A stretch of 64,000 bases of DNA, from NCBI GenBank assembly GCA_963765495.1, contig CAVXWP010000005.1, positions 158,531-222,530 of the forward strand. The letters are read 5' to 3'. The translations under genes and the position numbers were made by a program. Below the pieces are notes generated by a model that saw nothing but the letters and a program-made list of their open reading frames with translations, searched no databases and was not told the DNA's origin. The DNA comes from Blastocatellia bacterium (lineage in GTDB: Bacteria > Acidobacteriota > Blastocatellia > UBA7656). Below, in pieces: positions 9,330 to 20,803 of the stretch. Each line of letters begins with the position of its first letter. The first letter of the stretch is position 1.

Positions 9330-11991
9330 CTTCGATGATTGGGAAAGTCTTATCGAAGAATTCTGCGGCACGACCGACGGCAAAGAACTTCTAAACGCTC
9401 CTCTTGGCCCCCTCCTGCTTGAAACGGTTTCCGACAACAGCGGAATCACCGACCTTATTCTAAGGAAGTCAAAGCGAGACGAGATCAAGAAAGACCTGGC
9501 CGAAGTAAAAAAGGAGCTTGACGAGGCGACCGATCTTCTCAAGGGTCTCTTGAAATGGAAGGTGCCTGAGGAAAGCCCCGACCCCGAAGAAATCTCGTCA
9601 GGGTCGAGCGAGCGACTGCTGGGCGGTCTGCTTGTATCGCTGAACCTGCTGAACCGCAAAGGCAGCGAATACGCGCTGGGGAACCTGACCGACCTGACGG
9701 CCTGGGATGTAGTCAATCGCCTGCTCGACGAACTGGACGGCTTCCCGCTTTATATATCGGGCGTGGATGCGAAGACCGACAAGGGCACACGCATGGCTCT
9801 CGCCCTCGCCTCGCAGGCGGCTCTGACCGATCCACGCAAACACTACTTCGGACTGGCGGGCATGGGCTATAACATTCAAGACGGCTTCCCCGGAAGATGC
9901 GGCGACAAAAGAGGGCGACTCTGACGCCACCACAATCGTCCTCGATAAAGAGAGCCTCACCGACGATGAAGACGAGGAAGAGGAAGTAGAACCCGAAGAC
10001 CCGCCGATTGTCGAAGAGAAACCCGAAGAGAAGCCCAAGAAAAAGAGCACCCTCGAAATCAGACTGCACCTCGGCAAATGGTTTGACGGCGAGACGCTCG
10101 AAGACAACTGGTTCCGCCGTTTGCTGCCGTCTGTTCAACTCACGGAGAAAACCGCCTGGAAGCGGCGAACGCCACTGCCCGGCATTCGTCTTTTGCCCTT
10201 TCAGCGAGTCCAGGACACCGACAACGAAAAGGCGACTTATTCGATGGCGCTGCGGGGTGATCTCCTGAGTCTGGGCTACGACTTCAAGGGAACTACCAAA
10301 GCCGGCCTCACATTTCTGAAGGCCAAAAAAGGCCCGCTTGCATATTTCGGGCTGGGCGCGGTTGAAACACGCATCGCGCTTCTGTTTTCCAGCGAACGCG
10401 TAGCCTTTGGCATAGGCGTCAAGCTCAAGGATTTGCGTCTCTCGTTTGGTCCCAAAGAGAAAGACGGCGAGAAGAAAGACGAAAAAGCGTCAGGTGACGA
10501 CCTCATCGCAGGGCTGCAAGAGTTATTGGCTGATGACTGGGTAGCGGTTCCCGCGCCTGAAAAGCCCGACGAGAGGTCTGTCAAGCCCGGCTGAGCGCCA
10601 AGAAGAAAGACAAGTTTTCAATCTCGGTAGGCTATCTTTCCCCGCTTTCCGAAGAGAGCCACGGCACGCTCGACATCCAGCTTTACGACGAAAAGGGCAA
10701 ACGCGGCAAGATGGTCTGGGTTCCGATTGACCGGCGTTCGGGACCTGTCTATTTGAAACAAATCGGCATCGGGTTGAAAGGCGTCGAAAACGTGGAGTTG
10801 AGCAAAGGGTTGAGCGATAGCGCGCAATTGACCATCGCGCTTACGGGGGGCCTGCGCTGGTCAGCTTTCGAGTTAGGCTTTATCGGCGCGAAGCTAAGTT
10901 TCCCCCTGCCGAAACCCGGCGATGTTCAATTCGGCCTCGACGGCCTGGATGTCTCATTCAAAATCGGTTCCGTCATTATCTCCGGCAGCTTTCTCAAGAA
11001 CGGTCTCGAATACGCGGGCAGCCTCACGATTGACCTGCCGAAATTCTCCATCGGCGCGATGGGCTTCTACGGCAACCTGCGCGTCTTCAGCAAGTCGTTC
11101 GACTCCGCTGTTGTCGAGGATTTGAGAGTCGGCAAGATGCACGCGAAATTGCTCGCCGAGATCGACAAGAATCAGATCAAACCGGTCACCGACAAGGTGA
11201 CGAGACGAGCCTTTTCCAATAATGAATGGGAATTCCCAACAAGGGATGATAAGAGCTACATCATCGTCGCCGAAGAAACCAAATTAACCATTTTGAGCAC
11301 CGACAAGACCCTCTTCATCTACGGCATGTTGAGCGCAGCAAGCGGAGGTGGGGTAAGAATCGGGCCTATTCAATTCACCGCCATCGCGCTCGGTTTTGGA
11401 CTCAATCGCCGTATTGAAACACCGGCCATCGAAGATGTAGCCGAGTTTCCGCTGGTCAAGATGGTGATGGGCGAAGGCGGCTATCAAGAAGACGACACCA
11501 GCGGCGATCTTCGCAACCAGTTGGGCGAAGCGGTCAAAGACCCTGTTTCGGTGCTGGAAGAGCTGAAAGATGTGCTGCCCGCCGAGCGAGGTCAGTATGT
11601 CATCTGCGGCGGCGTGCGATTCACCATCGCTACGAGCGTGGACTGTTTCGGTCTGATCATCGTGCAGTTCGGCAACGACTTTGAATTCGCGCTGCTCGGT
11701 CTTGCGCGTTTCAGACAGCCGAGCGATATGAGCGCCAAACCGCTCTGCTATGTCGAGATGCAACTCTTGATGTCGATAAAGCCGAGCGAGGGAACCTTCA
11801 AGTTACAGGCCCTGCTTACAAGCAATTCCTGGATCATAAGCAAAGATTGCAGGCTGACGGGCGGGTTTGCGGTCTACGTCTGGTTTGACGGGAAACACAA
11901 GGACGATTTCGTTGTCACGCTCGACGGGTATCATCCGCGCTTCCGGCGACCCGATACCTTATCTCTACTCGGCGCATTCGCAACCGAATAA
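9330..11991 (+). pseudogene. Fragmented DUF6603-like large protein gene
   Basis: Consecutive + strand pieces in different frames (9241-9924, 10121-10594, 10711-11991); last piece has GFGLNRRI..P.IEDVAEFPLV and GGFAVYVWF..DFVVTLDGYHPRF. Confidence 0.65.
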
Positions 11992-12400
11992 TCAGGGTCT
12001 GAGAATCTCTCGCGTCAACATAAAGGCGCTCGATAACCTGCGAGATAAGCGCACTATCTCGCTTCCTCCCGGTGAAGGCGCTTACAATCTTACTATGGAC
12101 AAGCGCGGCCAACAGCCGCCGGGAGCGCCGTCCAAACACCTTCGCGCCGTCAGTCTGGCCCTTTCCCCGGACGACCGCAGGCTGTTTGTCTCGCATGAAA
12201 GGACCATCACGCAAATTGACACGGAGTCGATGACGGTGCGGGCGAGTTCAACGGTCGAATTACCCTGCCGCCTTATTCATATAAAGAAGGACACTCACTG
12301 GATCGTGTACGCGATAGGCGCGACCTACACAGATAACGGCAGCAACGTGGAAGAGTATAAGCCCCATCTTTATAGGGTTGTTTTCGTGAAGGATGAATAG
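11960..12400 (+). pseudogene. C-terminal fragment of a beta-propeller (YncE/YVTN-like) protein
   Basis: SLALSPDDRRLFVSHERTITQIDT repeat-like motif; no own start, fused to DUF6603 relic. Confidence 0.4.
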
Positions 12401-12418
12401 ACCCGTTTCCGATTGAAT

Positions 12419-12469
12419 GTAGGGGCAAGGCTTGTCCTTGCCCGGATCGCGCGTTAGCGCGATGACTAC
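12419..12469. repeat. Pair of inverted GTAG-type REP-like hairpins
   Basis: GTAG-GGGCAAGG-CTTGT-CCTTGCCC followed by ATCGCGC-GTTA-GCGCGAT-GA-CTAC (GTAG on minus strand). Confidence 0.6.
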
Positions 12470-12519
12470 ATTGGCCGCATATGCGACTGGAAACTGATCT
12501 AAAAAACGCTATACCCTGT

Positions 12520-15189
12520 TCACTCACAGCGCAACGCAATGATCGGGTCTACCTTCATAGCGCGCCGCGCCGGCAGATAACAGGAAACGAACGCCACGAC
12601 CGTGAGTATCACCGTAACGGCCCCGAGCACGATTGGGTCCATCGGTTTTACCTCAAACAGCAGTCCCGTCAAAAATCTTGTCAGGGCAAACGATCCCACC
12701 AATCCGAGCCCTACGCCGATTATTGCCGCGCCCATGCTGCGATTCAGGACCAGCCGCAAGACATCACCCCTGCGCGCGCCGAGTGCTATCCGAATCCCAA
12801 TTTCGCGTGTCCGTTGTGATACCGAGAAACTAACCACACCGGAAATGCCAACTGCGGCGAGCGTTAAGGCGACAAACGAAAACGCCAGTAAAAGCAGCAT
12901 CGGGAAGCGATGCGGCGCAAGGGAATTTGACAGAACCTCGTCCATAGTTCTGATCCCGGAAACCGCGCGATCCGGTTCAATGCGAAGCAGCGCCTGCTTG
13001 ATTGGTTTGATTAGGGGAGCAGGGCTTGAGGTCGTGCGTACGACAATCGTCATGACGGGCCATGCGGCCTGATTGTAAGGCCGAAAGAACTGAGGTCGTG
13101 ATGGTTGATCCAGGCCGCTCTGTCTGACATCCTGAGCAATGCCGACTATGGTGAGCCACGGCGCGTCCGAATCGAACCCTCCGATCTTGATGCGTTTACC
13201 GATGGGGTCTTCATCGGGCCAGTACCGTCTGGCCAGGGTCTCATTGATGACAATGACGCCGGGCGCGTTTTGCGAATCCTGCTCCGTAAATTCACGTCCA
13301 CCAACGAGAGGAATTTCCATGGTCTGGAAATAGTTTGGACAAGTTATACTGTACCTCGCACTGGGCTGATCTTCTTCCCCCGGATCGGGTCGCCCTTCGA
13401 TCACGAAACCGCGACCTGCATACCCTCCGCCTATGGGCAAATGGCTGATCGCGCTGACTGCGATGACTCCGGGGATGCTTCCGACCTGTTCCTGTAATTC
13501 ATGGGCAAATTGCGGATGTGTGGGAGGGCCGTAATAGAGATTTTCCTGCGGCAACGACATACTCATCGCAAGCAAATTGGTAGGATTGAGCCCCGGCTCT
13601 ACATTCAGCAAGCGCATCATGCTTTGAATCATCAACCCGGCCCCGGTAAGAACAACCAGTGCCAGCGCGACTTCCAAAATAACCAATCCCTGACGCAGTC
13701 TGGCACCGCCGCCAGCCGTTGTTCCGCGACTGCCTTCCTGCAAGGATTCGTTTACATTTCGTTTGGAAAAGATGAGCGCGGGCGCCAGACCAAAAATTAT
13801 TCCGGTAAGACACGTAATGCCCCAGGTAAAGGCCAGCACTTTGAAATCAATTGTGATGTCGTTGAGTGAGCGAAACGGAACCGACCGCAGATTACCCGGT
13901 AACACCTCAAGCAAGAGACGGCTGCTCCAAATGGCAACCAGGATTCCACTGAGCCCGCCCGCAAAGGCCAGCAATAAACTCTCCGTCAATAACTGGCGAA
14001 CCATGCGAGCGCGGCTGGCGCCAAGCGCAGAACGAATCGCCAACTCCCTTTGCCGCATCGCCCCACGCGCCATCAGCAAATTAGCCACGTTGACGCACGC
14101 AATCAGCAATACAAAGCCAGCCACAGAGAGCAATGTCAACAACATCATCCGTTGATCTTCCAGGCCAAACCCGCCCATTGACTCTACAGTCACGCTCTTT
14201 CCGGCATTGTCTTTAGGATACTGCTCGGCCAGGCTCAGCCCGATGGTGTTCATCTGCGCGCGTGCCTGCTCCATCGTCACACGGGGCTTGAGGCGTGCGA
14301 TGACAATGAAGGAATGCGAGCCGCGCTCCCGATCGCCTTCGGTATAAACAACCGGCACCCACAATTGTCGCGGCTCACTCCAGAATTGAAACTCGAATTC
14401 CGGCGGCATCACGCCTATGACAGTAAAGTCCTCGCCATCCATTTTGATGGTTTTGCCCAACAGGTCCGGATCAGCCGCATAGCGTGAATGCCATAGCCCA
14501 TCGCTGATTACGACTACCTGATGTTTGCCCGGAGTCTCTTCATCCGGCAGGAATGTGCGCCCTATCCGGGGTTTGACGCCCAGAACCTCAAAAAAACTTG
14601 AGGAGACACGAACACCTGAAACTCGCTCCGGCTCGCCGCCCCCCGCAAGGTTGTAACCGTTCCCCGCCGAGTCGAACATCGCTATACTCGCAAAAACATC
14701 GTTCTGCCGCTGCCAGTCCTCAAAATTTGGCGCGGAAACGATATTCCAGCTCTCCGGGTCGTTGACCTGTGATTCCCACAATAGAACCAGACGTTCGGCC
14801 TCAGGGAACGGCAGGGGCTTCAGCAGGAGTGAGTTGATCACACTGAAGATCGTTGTGTTGGCACCAATTCCCAGGGCCAGCGTGATCACGGCAATTATGG
14901 TGAAGCCGGGTTTCGTCAATAATATGCGTGCGCCGTAGCGCAAATCTTGCCACATCGTATTTATTGTCTGCCCCATTCTGACCTCCCTGACGCTCTCTTT
15001 GATTTGCTCCACACCGCCCATCTCGATAAAGGCCACGCGCCGCGCCTCTGCCGGATCAAGACCCTCGGCGATCTTTGTCTCGGCAAGCATCTCCAAATAT
15101 GCCTGAACCTCTTCGGTGAGTTCGTGTTCCACCCGATCCTTATTCACCAGATTTCGCCAAAGGCTTGATAGGCGAGAGAGTATTGGCAT
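12520..15189 (-). CDS. ABC transporter permease, ADOP (acidobacterial duplicated orphan permease) type
   Basis: Permease-prefix domain, duplicated MacB/FtsX halves, [38 protein letters not shown]. Confidence 0.93.
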   Translation of the reverse strand: MPILSRLSSLWRNLVNKDRVEHELTEEVQAYLEMLAETKIAEGLDPAEARRVAFIEMGGVEQIKESVREVRMGQTINTMWQDLRYGARILLTKPGFTIIAVITLALGIGANTTIFSVINSLLLKPLPFPEAERLVLLWESQVNDPESWNIVSAPNFEDWQRQNDVFASIAMFDSAGNGYNLAGGGEPERVSGVRVSSSFFEVLGVKPRIGRTFLPDEETPGKHQVVVISDGLWHSRYAADPDLLGKTIKMDGEDFTVIGVMPPEFEFQFWSEPRQLWVPVVYTEGDRERGSHSFIVIARLKPRVTMEQARAQMNTIGLSLAEQYPKDNAGKSVTVESMGGFGLEDQRMMLLTLLSVAGFVLLIACVNVANLLMARGAMRQRELAIRSALGASRARMVRQLLTESLLLAFAGGLSGILVAIWSSRLLLEVLPGNLRSVPFRSLNDITIDFKVLAFTWGITCLTGIIFGLAPALIFSKRNVNESLQEGSRGTTAGGGARLRQGLVILEVALALVVLTGAGLMIQSMMRLLNVEPGLNPTNLLAMSMSLPQENLYYGPPTHPQFAHELQEQVGSIPGVIAVSAISHLPIGGGYAGRGFVIEGRPDPGEEDQPSARYSITCPNYFQTMEIPLVGGREFTEQDSQNAPGVIVINETLARRYWPDEDPIGKRIKIGGFDSDAPWLTIVGIAQDVRQSGLDQPSRPQFFRPYNQAAWPVMTIVVRTTSSPAPLIKPIKQALLRIEPDRAVSGIRTMDEVLSNSLAPHRFPMLLLLAFSFVALTLAAVGISGVVSFSVSQRTREIGIRIALGARRGDVLRLVLNRSMGAAIIGVGLGLVGSFALTRFLTGLLFEVKPMDPIVLGAVTVILTVVAFVSCYLPARRAMKVDPIIALRCE

Positions 15190-15201
15190 CGACCCCCCCT
15201 G

Positions 15202-15540
15202 CTATGTCGCCTTAAGAGCGCTGTTCATCGCCAGTGCGATTCGGTTCCAGTCTTCGGTTTCGGTTTCAAGCTGCAACTGCCCGGCTTTTGTCAGTCGGTA
15301 ATATTTCGCCCGGCGCTTGTTGTCTGACTCTCCCCATGACGATTTTAGCCAGCCCGCCTCCTCCATCCGGTGTAAGGCAGGGAACAAAGACCCGGGCTTG
15401 ACTTTGAAAGTTCCCCTTGTGATCTGCTCAATGCGATGAGAGACGCCCAGACCGTGCAGCGGGCCGAGGGCCAGTGCCTTGAGCACCAGCAGATCAAGAG
15501 TGCCCTGTAACAAATCGGTTTTCTTTTCCTTCACGCTCAT
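15202..15540 (-). CDS. PadR family transcriptional regulator (acidobacterial type)
   Basis: LLQGTLDLLVLKAL, GSLFPALHRME, RRAKYYRLT; directly upstream of ADOP. Confidence 0.92.
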   Translation of the reverse strand: MSVKEKKTDLLQGTLDLLVLKALALGPLHGLGVSHRIEQITRGTFKVKPGSLFPALHRMEEAGWLKSSWGESDNKRRAKYYRLTKAGQLQLETETEDWNRIALAMNSALKAT

Positions 15541-15543
15541 TCT

Positions 15544-15598
15544 CCTATAGTCAATCTGTAGGTTGTAATAATACTTTCTCGTATAGGATGTCAATAGG
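15544..15598. promoter_or_regulatory. Putative PadR operator pair
   Basis: CCTATAG-N5-CTGTAGG (15544-15562) and CGTATAG-N5-CAATAGG (15580-15598) immediately upstream of padR. Confidence 0.5.
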
Positions 15599-15812
15599 GG
15601 ATTTGCATTGAGAGGATATTAAAGGAGATGAGCGGGGCCGTTTACTTTTCAGATTGGCCTCCCGAGATGATGAGAACTTACGGGTTGCTTTATGAAAAGC
15701 TTTGCATACTTTTTGCCTCAGCGAGCACCTGATTCTCACCCATCCGCTTCGCTGAAGGACCAAAGATGATATACCTTGTAAGGAATAATTACGGCTTGTT
15801 AGGATTGAACAC

Positions 15813-17429
15813 ATGGAGACAAGAATCAAAACCGACGTAGCCATTATTGGGGCGGGTCCGACGGGACTCAGCCTGGCCTGTCAGTTCGTCAGAAATGGGA
15901 TTGATTTTGTCATTCTTGAGAAGAAAGAAGGCGTTACGCCATACTCCAAAGCCATCGGCGTTCAAGCCCGCACGCTTGAGATTTTTGAGCAAATCGGTTT
16001 GGCGCAAAAAGCAGTTGAACAGGGTACAATTGCCGAAAAAGGCCGCTTGATAATAGGCGGCGAAGTGCGCGGCGAACTCGATCTTTCCAATATTGGAGAG
16101 GGCTTAAGCCCTTTTCCATTTGTGCTGATGTTGGAGCAAAGCAAAACTGAGCAGCTTCTTTACGAGTATCTGCAAAAACATCAGAAAGATGTTCTATGGA
16201 AAACCGAACTCGAAAGTTTTTCTCAGGACGCCGGCGGCGTAGCGGCGCGAGTTAAGACTGCCGACGGCGCATCTCAAGTTATAGAGGCCAAATATCTGGT
16301 TGGCTGCGACGGGCCGAAAAGTCTGGTCAGACACACGCTCGGACTCACATTTGAGGGCAGCACGTTCGAGCGTATTTTCTATGTCGCCGACACGCAGATT
16401 GACTGGAATCTGAGCCACGACGCGCTGCACGTATGTTTCTCTGAAGACTCATTCGTAGTTTTCTTTCCGCTCAAGGGCGAGAAGCGTTATCGCATTGTGG
16501 GCATTTTCCCCGAAGAATTTAATAAAGATGCAGACGACATACTGTATGAAGAAATTGAAGCGAGAATAAAGGATGAATCCAAACTCGACCTCGATATTCA
16601 CGATGTCGAATGGTTTTCAACCTACAAAGTCCATACGCGCCACGTCAATAAATTCTCGGCAGGCCGGGGTTTTCTGGCAGGAGACGCAGCGCACATTCAC
16701 TCGCCCGCCGGAGCGCAGGGAATGAACACGGGTATTCAAGACGCTTACAATCTGGCCTGGAAAATGGCTCTGGTTGTTCGGGGTGAGGCAGACGCAAAAA
16801 TACTTGAAACCTACAACGAAGAACGGCTCGAAAATGCCAAACATCTTTTGAAAACAACCGACCGGCTTTTTGAGTTCGCCGCCGGTACGGAATGGTTTCT
16901 CGCGTTTCTTCGCACGAAAGTCTTACCGCCCGTTGCAAAATATGTCTTCCGCTCCGATACGGTTAGAGAATTCGTCTTCCCGTTGATTTCTCAAATCGGC
17001 ATCAATTACCGGCATAGTTCGCTCAGCAAACACACCGGGGATGAAAATTTCGAAGTCAAAGCCGGAGACCGAATGCCATATTTTTTAGTTGACCGCGAGA
17101 GCGTTTATGACAAACTGCGTCAGCCGAAATTCCATTTCCTTGTTTTTTCAAACGGGAAAAGCGATTGTCAGGAATTGAAAACGGAACTCGAAGATGAATA
17201 CTCGGAGATGGTTGATTTCAACATAATTCCGCTTTACCCACACGTGGCAGAGGTCTTTGGCGCGGACAAATCATTTAGCTTGCTGTTAAGACCTGATAAT
17301 CACATAGGATTTATATCTTTGAAGAGTTCGCCCGATGATCTAAGAGAGTATCTAAACAGGTTCGTCGCCGTAAAGCGCCAGCGGCGCGGGGCATCGGTAT
17401 TGGATGCTCATTCCAACCCGAATTCTTGA
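15813..17429 (+). CDS. FAD-dependent monooxygenase (FAD_binding_3 family)
   Basis: GAGPTGL, GCDG, GDAAHIHSPAGAQGMNTGIQDA motifs. Confidence 0.92.
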   Translation: METRIKTDVAIIGAGPTGLSLACQFVRNGIDFVILEKKEGVTPYSKAIGVQARTLEIFEQIGLAQKAVEQGTIAEKGRLIIGGEVRGELDLSNIGEGLSPFPFVLMLEQSKTEQLLYEYLQKHQKDVLWKTELESFSQDAGGVAARVKTADGASQVIEAKYLVGCDGPKSLVRHTLGLTFEGSTFERIFYVADTQIDWNLSHDALHVCFSEDSFVVFFPLKGEKRYRIVGIFPEEFNKDADDILYEEIEARIKDESKLDLDIHDVEWFSTYKVHTRHVNKFSAGRGFLAGDAAHIHSPAGAQGMNTGIQDAYNLAWKMALVVRGEADAKILETYNEERLENAKHLLKTTDRLFEFAAGTEWFLAFLRTKVLPPVAKYVFRSDTVREFVFPLISQIGINYRHSSLSKHTGDENFEVKAGDRMPYFLVDRESVYDKLRQPKFHFLVFSNGKSDCQELKTELEDEYSEMVDFNIIPLYPHVAEVFGADKSFSLLLRPDNHIGFISLKSSPDDLREYLNRFVAVKRQRRGASVLDAHSNPNS

Positions 17430-17626
17430 TAACGCTCGGGTGCGTATTTAGCGGCCAGCAAGCCGGTTGCTTCCTCGACTTTGATCGGGCGACGCCAGGG
17501 CAATGATCGTGGATGACCTCCGATGATAATGGATTCGACTGTTTTACAAGCCGCTGTTTTCTGTTGTTTTTCTATCCTCTTTGCCATCTCGACGCGGTAA
17601 GGCGCGTATGATATATCTGGATCATT

Positions 17627-18763
17627 TCACCGCGCTCCGGTTCTCGGCAGCGACGAATTCGCCCTCAATCTCACCGTCTTGCCGGTCTTCGCCGACTCCC
17701 TCGCCGCGTCCAGTATTCTCATGACGATGACGTTGTTGCTCAATGAGGATAAGTCTCCATCGACGACCTTGACTTCCCCTCGGACGACGGCGGCCAGATA
17801 GGTGAACGGGCCATCCACCGGAGCGTGCTTCGGCTCGAGCGCGAGCGAGCGCTCGTCGGTCTCATTTGCCGTGCGAACGCGCAGGTTCCGCCCGTCGAGC
17901 GCGCGCACATAGCCGGTCTGTCCGTACACCTCCATGTCCTTTCGGCCAAAGGGCCAGTTCCAGGACGGTTCGAGGATCGCCTGTGCTTTCGGATACGTGA
18001 TGATGATCGTCGCCTCGTCTTCTACCCTCGGATAGGTTTCGGGTTTGATCTGCTGTGTTACCGCCGTCACCGTAAGAGGTTCGACGCCTCGCATGAGCCA
18101 GGTCGTCAGGTTGGCACCATAGCATCCAAAGTCCATGAGAGCACCCCCTCCGTTGCGAGCGGGATCAATCAGCCACTCCAGGAACTCATCTTGTACGCCG
18201 ATTTCCTTTGGCCCCTGATGCCCGTCGCGAATGACGAGCTTACGGATCGGCCCGATGGCCCGCTGATCCTGAACGAGGTCGTATACAGCCTGAGTGCTCG
18301 GGTACCATGTCGTTTCGTAGTTGGTGAGAACGTGGATCGCGTACTTCTTCGCAAGCGCCTGTATCGTCAAGGCCTGTTGCAGGTCGAGGGCGAGCGGTTT
18401 CTCAACCATCACATGCACGCCATGTGGGGCGCAGGCCTTTACGACTTTCAGGTGATCGGAGGTCGGCCCGAAAGCAGCCACGGCTTCCGGCTTTACGGTC
18501 TCAAGCATTTTCTCGATGTTTGTGAAGACGATATCCTCGCGAAAGCCATACTGTTTCACGTAGCTATCCACGATTTTTCGGTTTGGTTCGTATATCCCGA
18601 CAAGCTCAATATCGCCCGCCGGGAGATGCCCGAAAACCCCATGTACGTGTCCGTGGCTCAATCCTGCGATTGCAAGCCTGAGCGGTCTCGAGGACGCTAG
18701 CTGAGCGTTCGCGCCGTAGGCCAGACACAACACGGTGCCAAAAAGACAGAGTATTAGTTTCAT
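17627..18763 (-). CDS. Gfo/Idh/MocA oxidoreductase with signal peptide
   Basis: HVMVEKPLA, GGGALMDFGCYG; hydrophobic N-terminus. Confidence 0.88.
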   Translation of the reverse strand: MKLILCLFGTVLCLAYGANAQLASSRPLRLAIAGLSHGHVHGVFGHLPAGDIELVGIYEPNRKIVDSYVKQYGFREDIVFTNIEKMLETVKPEAVAAFGPTSDHLKVVKACAPHGVHVMVEKPLALDLQQALTIQALAKKYAIHVLTNYETTWYPSTQAVYDLVQDQRAIGPIRKLVIRDGHQGPKEIGVQDEFLEWLIDPARNGGGALMDFGCYGANLTTWLMRGVEPLTVTAVTQQIKPETYPRVEDEATIIITYPKAQAILEPSWNWPFGRKDMEVYGQTGYVRALDGRNLRVRTANETDERSLALEPKHAPVDGPFTYLAAVVRGEVKVVDGDLSSLSNNVIVMRILDAARESAKTGKTVRLRANSSLPRTGAR

Positions 18764-18949
18764 GTAGAGAATTCTCCTTCACCGAGACTTCGCCGCCCCG
18801 CTGGTTGCCGAAGTCCGTCCGCTGATAGTGTCTACGTGCCGAAGTTTACATCCTGAGATCGACTTTAGCCATTGAGCAGACGGGGTACTAAAAATGTAGA
18901 CGAAAAGGGATGTTGCTGGTATTGTGCCCGATAACAATAGGAGAGGACA

Positions 18950-20542
18950 TTGATAAATATTCATCGAACGTTTCTAAAGTATGGGCGGGCGCTGTGGCTC
19001 GCCGCCCTGGCGGTATGTATGCTAACCCTGCCCGTTTCTCGGCAGGCGCAGGCTCAAAACCCGGGACAGTATAAGGCTACTTTGGTGATCCATTCCGATC
19101 GGCCCGGGGCTGTGATTAACCGCAGCATCTACGGTCAGTTTGCCGAGCACCTCGGGCGCTTGATATACGACGGCATCTGGGTTGGGGAGGGCTCGCCCGT
19201 CCCAAACACGCGGGGCCTGCGCAACGACATCGTCGCCGCTCTTAAAGAGTTGCACATCCCCGTCCTGCGCTGGCCGGGCGGGTGCTTCGCCGATGAGTAC
19301 CACTGGCGCGACGGCATAGGACCGCGTGACAAACGCCCGAGGCGGCCCAACGCGAGTTGGGGAGGCATCGACACGAATGCCTTTGGCACTCACGAGTTCA
19401 TGGACCTCTGTGAGATGATTGGGGCCGATGCTTACATCAACGGGAACGTCGGGACGGGGACGCCGCAGGAGATGATGGAGTGGATCGAGTACATGACGTC
19501 CGACTCCGACTCCACCCTCGCCAACCTACGCCGCCAGAACGGGCGCGAGAAGCCCTGGAAGATTCCGTACTTCGCGGTCGGCAACGAATCTTGGGGCTGC
19601 GGCGGGAACATGCGGCCGGAGTTCTACGCCGACGTGTACCGGCAGTACGCCACCTTTATCAAGAACCACTCGGGGAACCACATTCAGAAGCTGGCCGTCG
19701 GGCCGTACGGCGACAACTACAATTGGACGGAAGTGCTGATGGCGCAGGCGGCGAAGCAAATGGATGGCCTGTCACTGCATTACTACACGTTGCCGACCGG
19801 CGACTGGGAAAAAAAGGGCTCGGCGACACAGTTTGGCGAGAAGGAATGGCATGCGACGCTCGTTCGCACCCTGGGCATCGAAGAGATTATCGAGAAACAG
19901 AGCGCCATCATGGACAAGTACGACCCGCAGAAGCACGTCGGGCTGATGGTTGACGAGTGGGGCACGTGGTACGACAGCGAGCCGGGCACGGGCGTTCTCT
20001 ACCAGCAGAACACCCTCAGGGACGCGGTCGTGGCAGGGATAAACCTGAACATCTTCAACCGGCACGCCGACCGCGTGAAGATGGCCAACATCGCGCAGAT
20101 GATCAACGTCCTCCAGGCGATGATCCTGACCGACAAAGATAAGATGGTGCTGACGCCGACCTACTATGTCTTCAGGATGTACAGGGTGCACCAGGGTGCG
20201 ACGTTGATCCCGGTCGAGTTGAGCGCCCCGGAGTACAGGTTGGAGCAAGCGTCGCTGCCGTCGCTGAACGCCTCGGCCTCGCGCGACGGCGAAGGGAGGC
20301 TGCATTTGTCGATCGTCAACCTCGACCCGAACCGCACGGCCGAGGTTGCGGCGACGCTTGCCGGCTCTTCGGTCAATAGCGTTAGCGGAGAAGTGCTCAC
20401 GGCCGCTGCGATAAACGCCTCGAATACGTTCGATAATCCGAACGCCGTCAAGCCATCTCGGTTCGGCGGTTACAAACTTCAAGGCTCGCAACTGTCCCTG
20501 AGCGTTCCACCGAAGTCAGTTGTGGTGCTGGAGCTTAAATAG
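18950..20542 (+). CDS. abfA: Alpha-L-arabinofuranosidase, GH51
   Basis: [40 protein letters not shown]; signal peptide. Confidence 0.93.
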   Translation: MINIHRTFLKYGRALWLAALAVCMLTLPVSRQAQAQNPGQYKATLVIHSDRPGAVINRSIYGQFAEHLGRLIYDGIWVGEGSPVPNTRGLRNDIVAALKELHIPVLRWPGGCFADEYHWRDGIGPRDKRPRRPNASWGGIDTNAFGTHEFMDLCEMIGADAYINGNVGTGTPQEMMEWIEYMTSDSDSTLANLRRQNGREKPWKIPYFAVGNESWGCGGNMRPEFYADVYRQYATFIKNHSGNHIQKLAVGPYGDNYNWTEVLMAQAAKQMDGLSLHYYTLPTGDWEKKGSATQFGEKEWHATLVRTLGIEEIIEKQSAIMDKYDPQKHVGLMVDEWGTWYDSEPGTGVLYQQNTLRDAVVAGINLNIFNRHADRVKMANIAQMINVLQAMILTDKDKMVLTPTYYVFRMYRVHQGATLIPVELSAPEYRLEQASLPSLNASASRDGEGRLHLSIVNLDPNRTAEVAATLAGSSVNSVSGEVLTAAAINASNTFDNPNAVKPSRFGGYKLQGSQLSLSVPPKSVVVLELK

Positions 20543-20548
20543 TTCGGC

Positions 20549-20583
20549 TGGCCCGCGAGCGCACATCTGGCGCTCGCGGGCCA
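20549..20583. terminator. GC-rich hairpin after GH51 gene
   Basis: TGGCCCGCGAGCGC-7nt-GCGCTCGCGGGCCA, 14-bp perfect stem; weak U-tract. Confidence 0.55.
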
Positions 20584-20803
20584 TTGATGAAACCGCCTAC
20601 ATGTTTTTCAAACGCCTCGGCTCGGGTCATTGTTAAATCCGAAACATCGCCTTTCTTCCGAGGACACCCGGAAAGATTCTGACTGGCAATTAACGACTGG
20701 TGGAGGAATGCCGTAATATATTTCGATCAACCGTGGATGCCGTCGGGTATTGCTGGCTGGCTTGTAGTCGGGTGAGACGCCGCTGAAGCAGGGGAGAGAT
20801 GAC

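Noticed and set aside
9156-9716. 186-aa minus-strand ORF as a real gene
   Set aside because: Its first two thirds are Ser/Arg-rich antisense of the + strand relic; only the last ~55 codons look protein-like
17408-17587. 59-codon minus-strand ORF, possible antitoxin remnant
   Set aside because: No recognisable motif; overlaps the monooxygenase end
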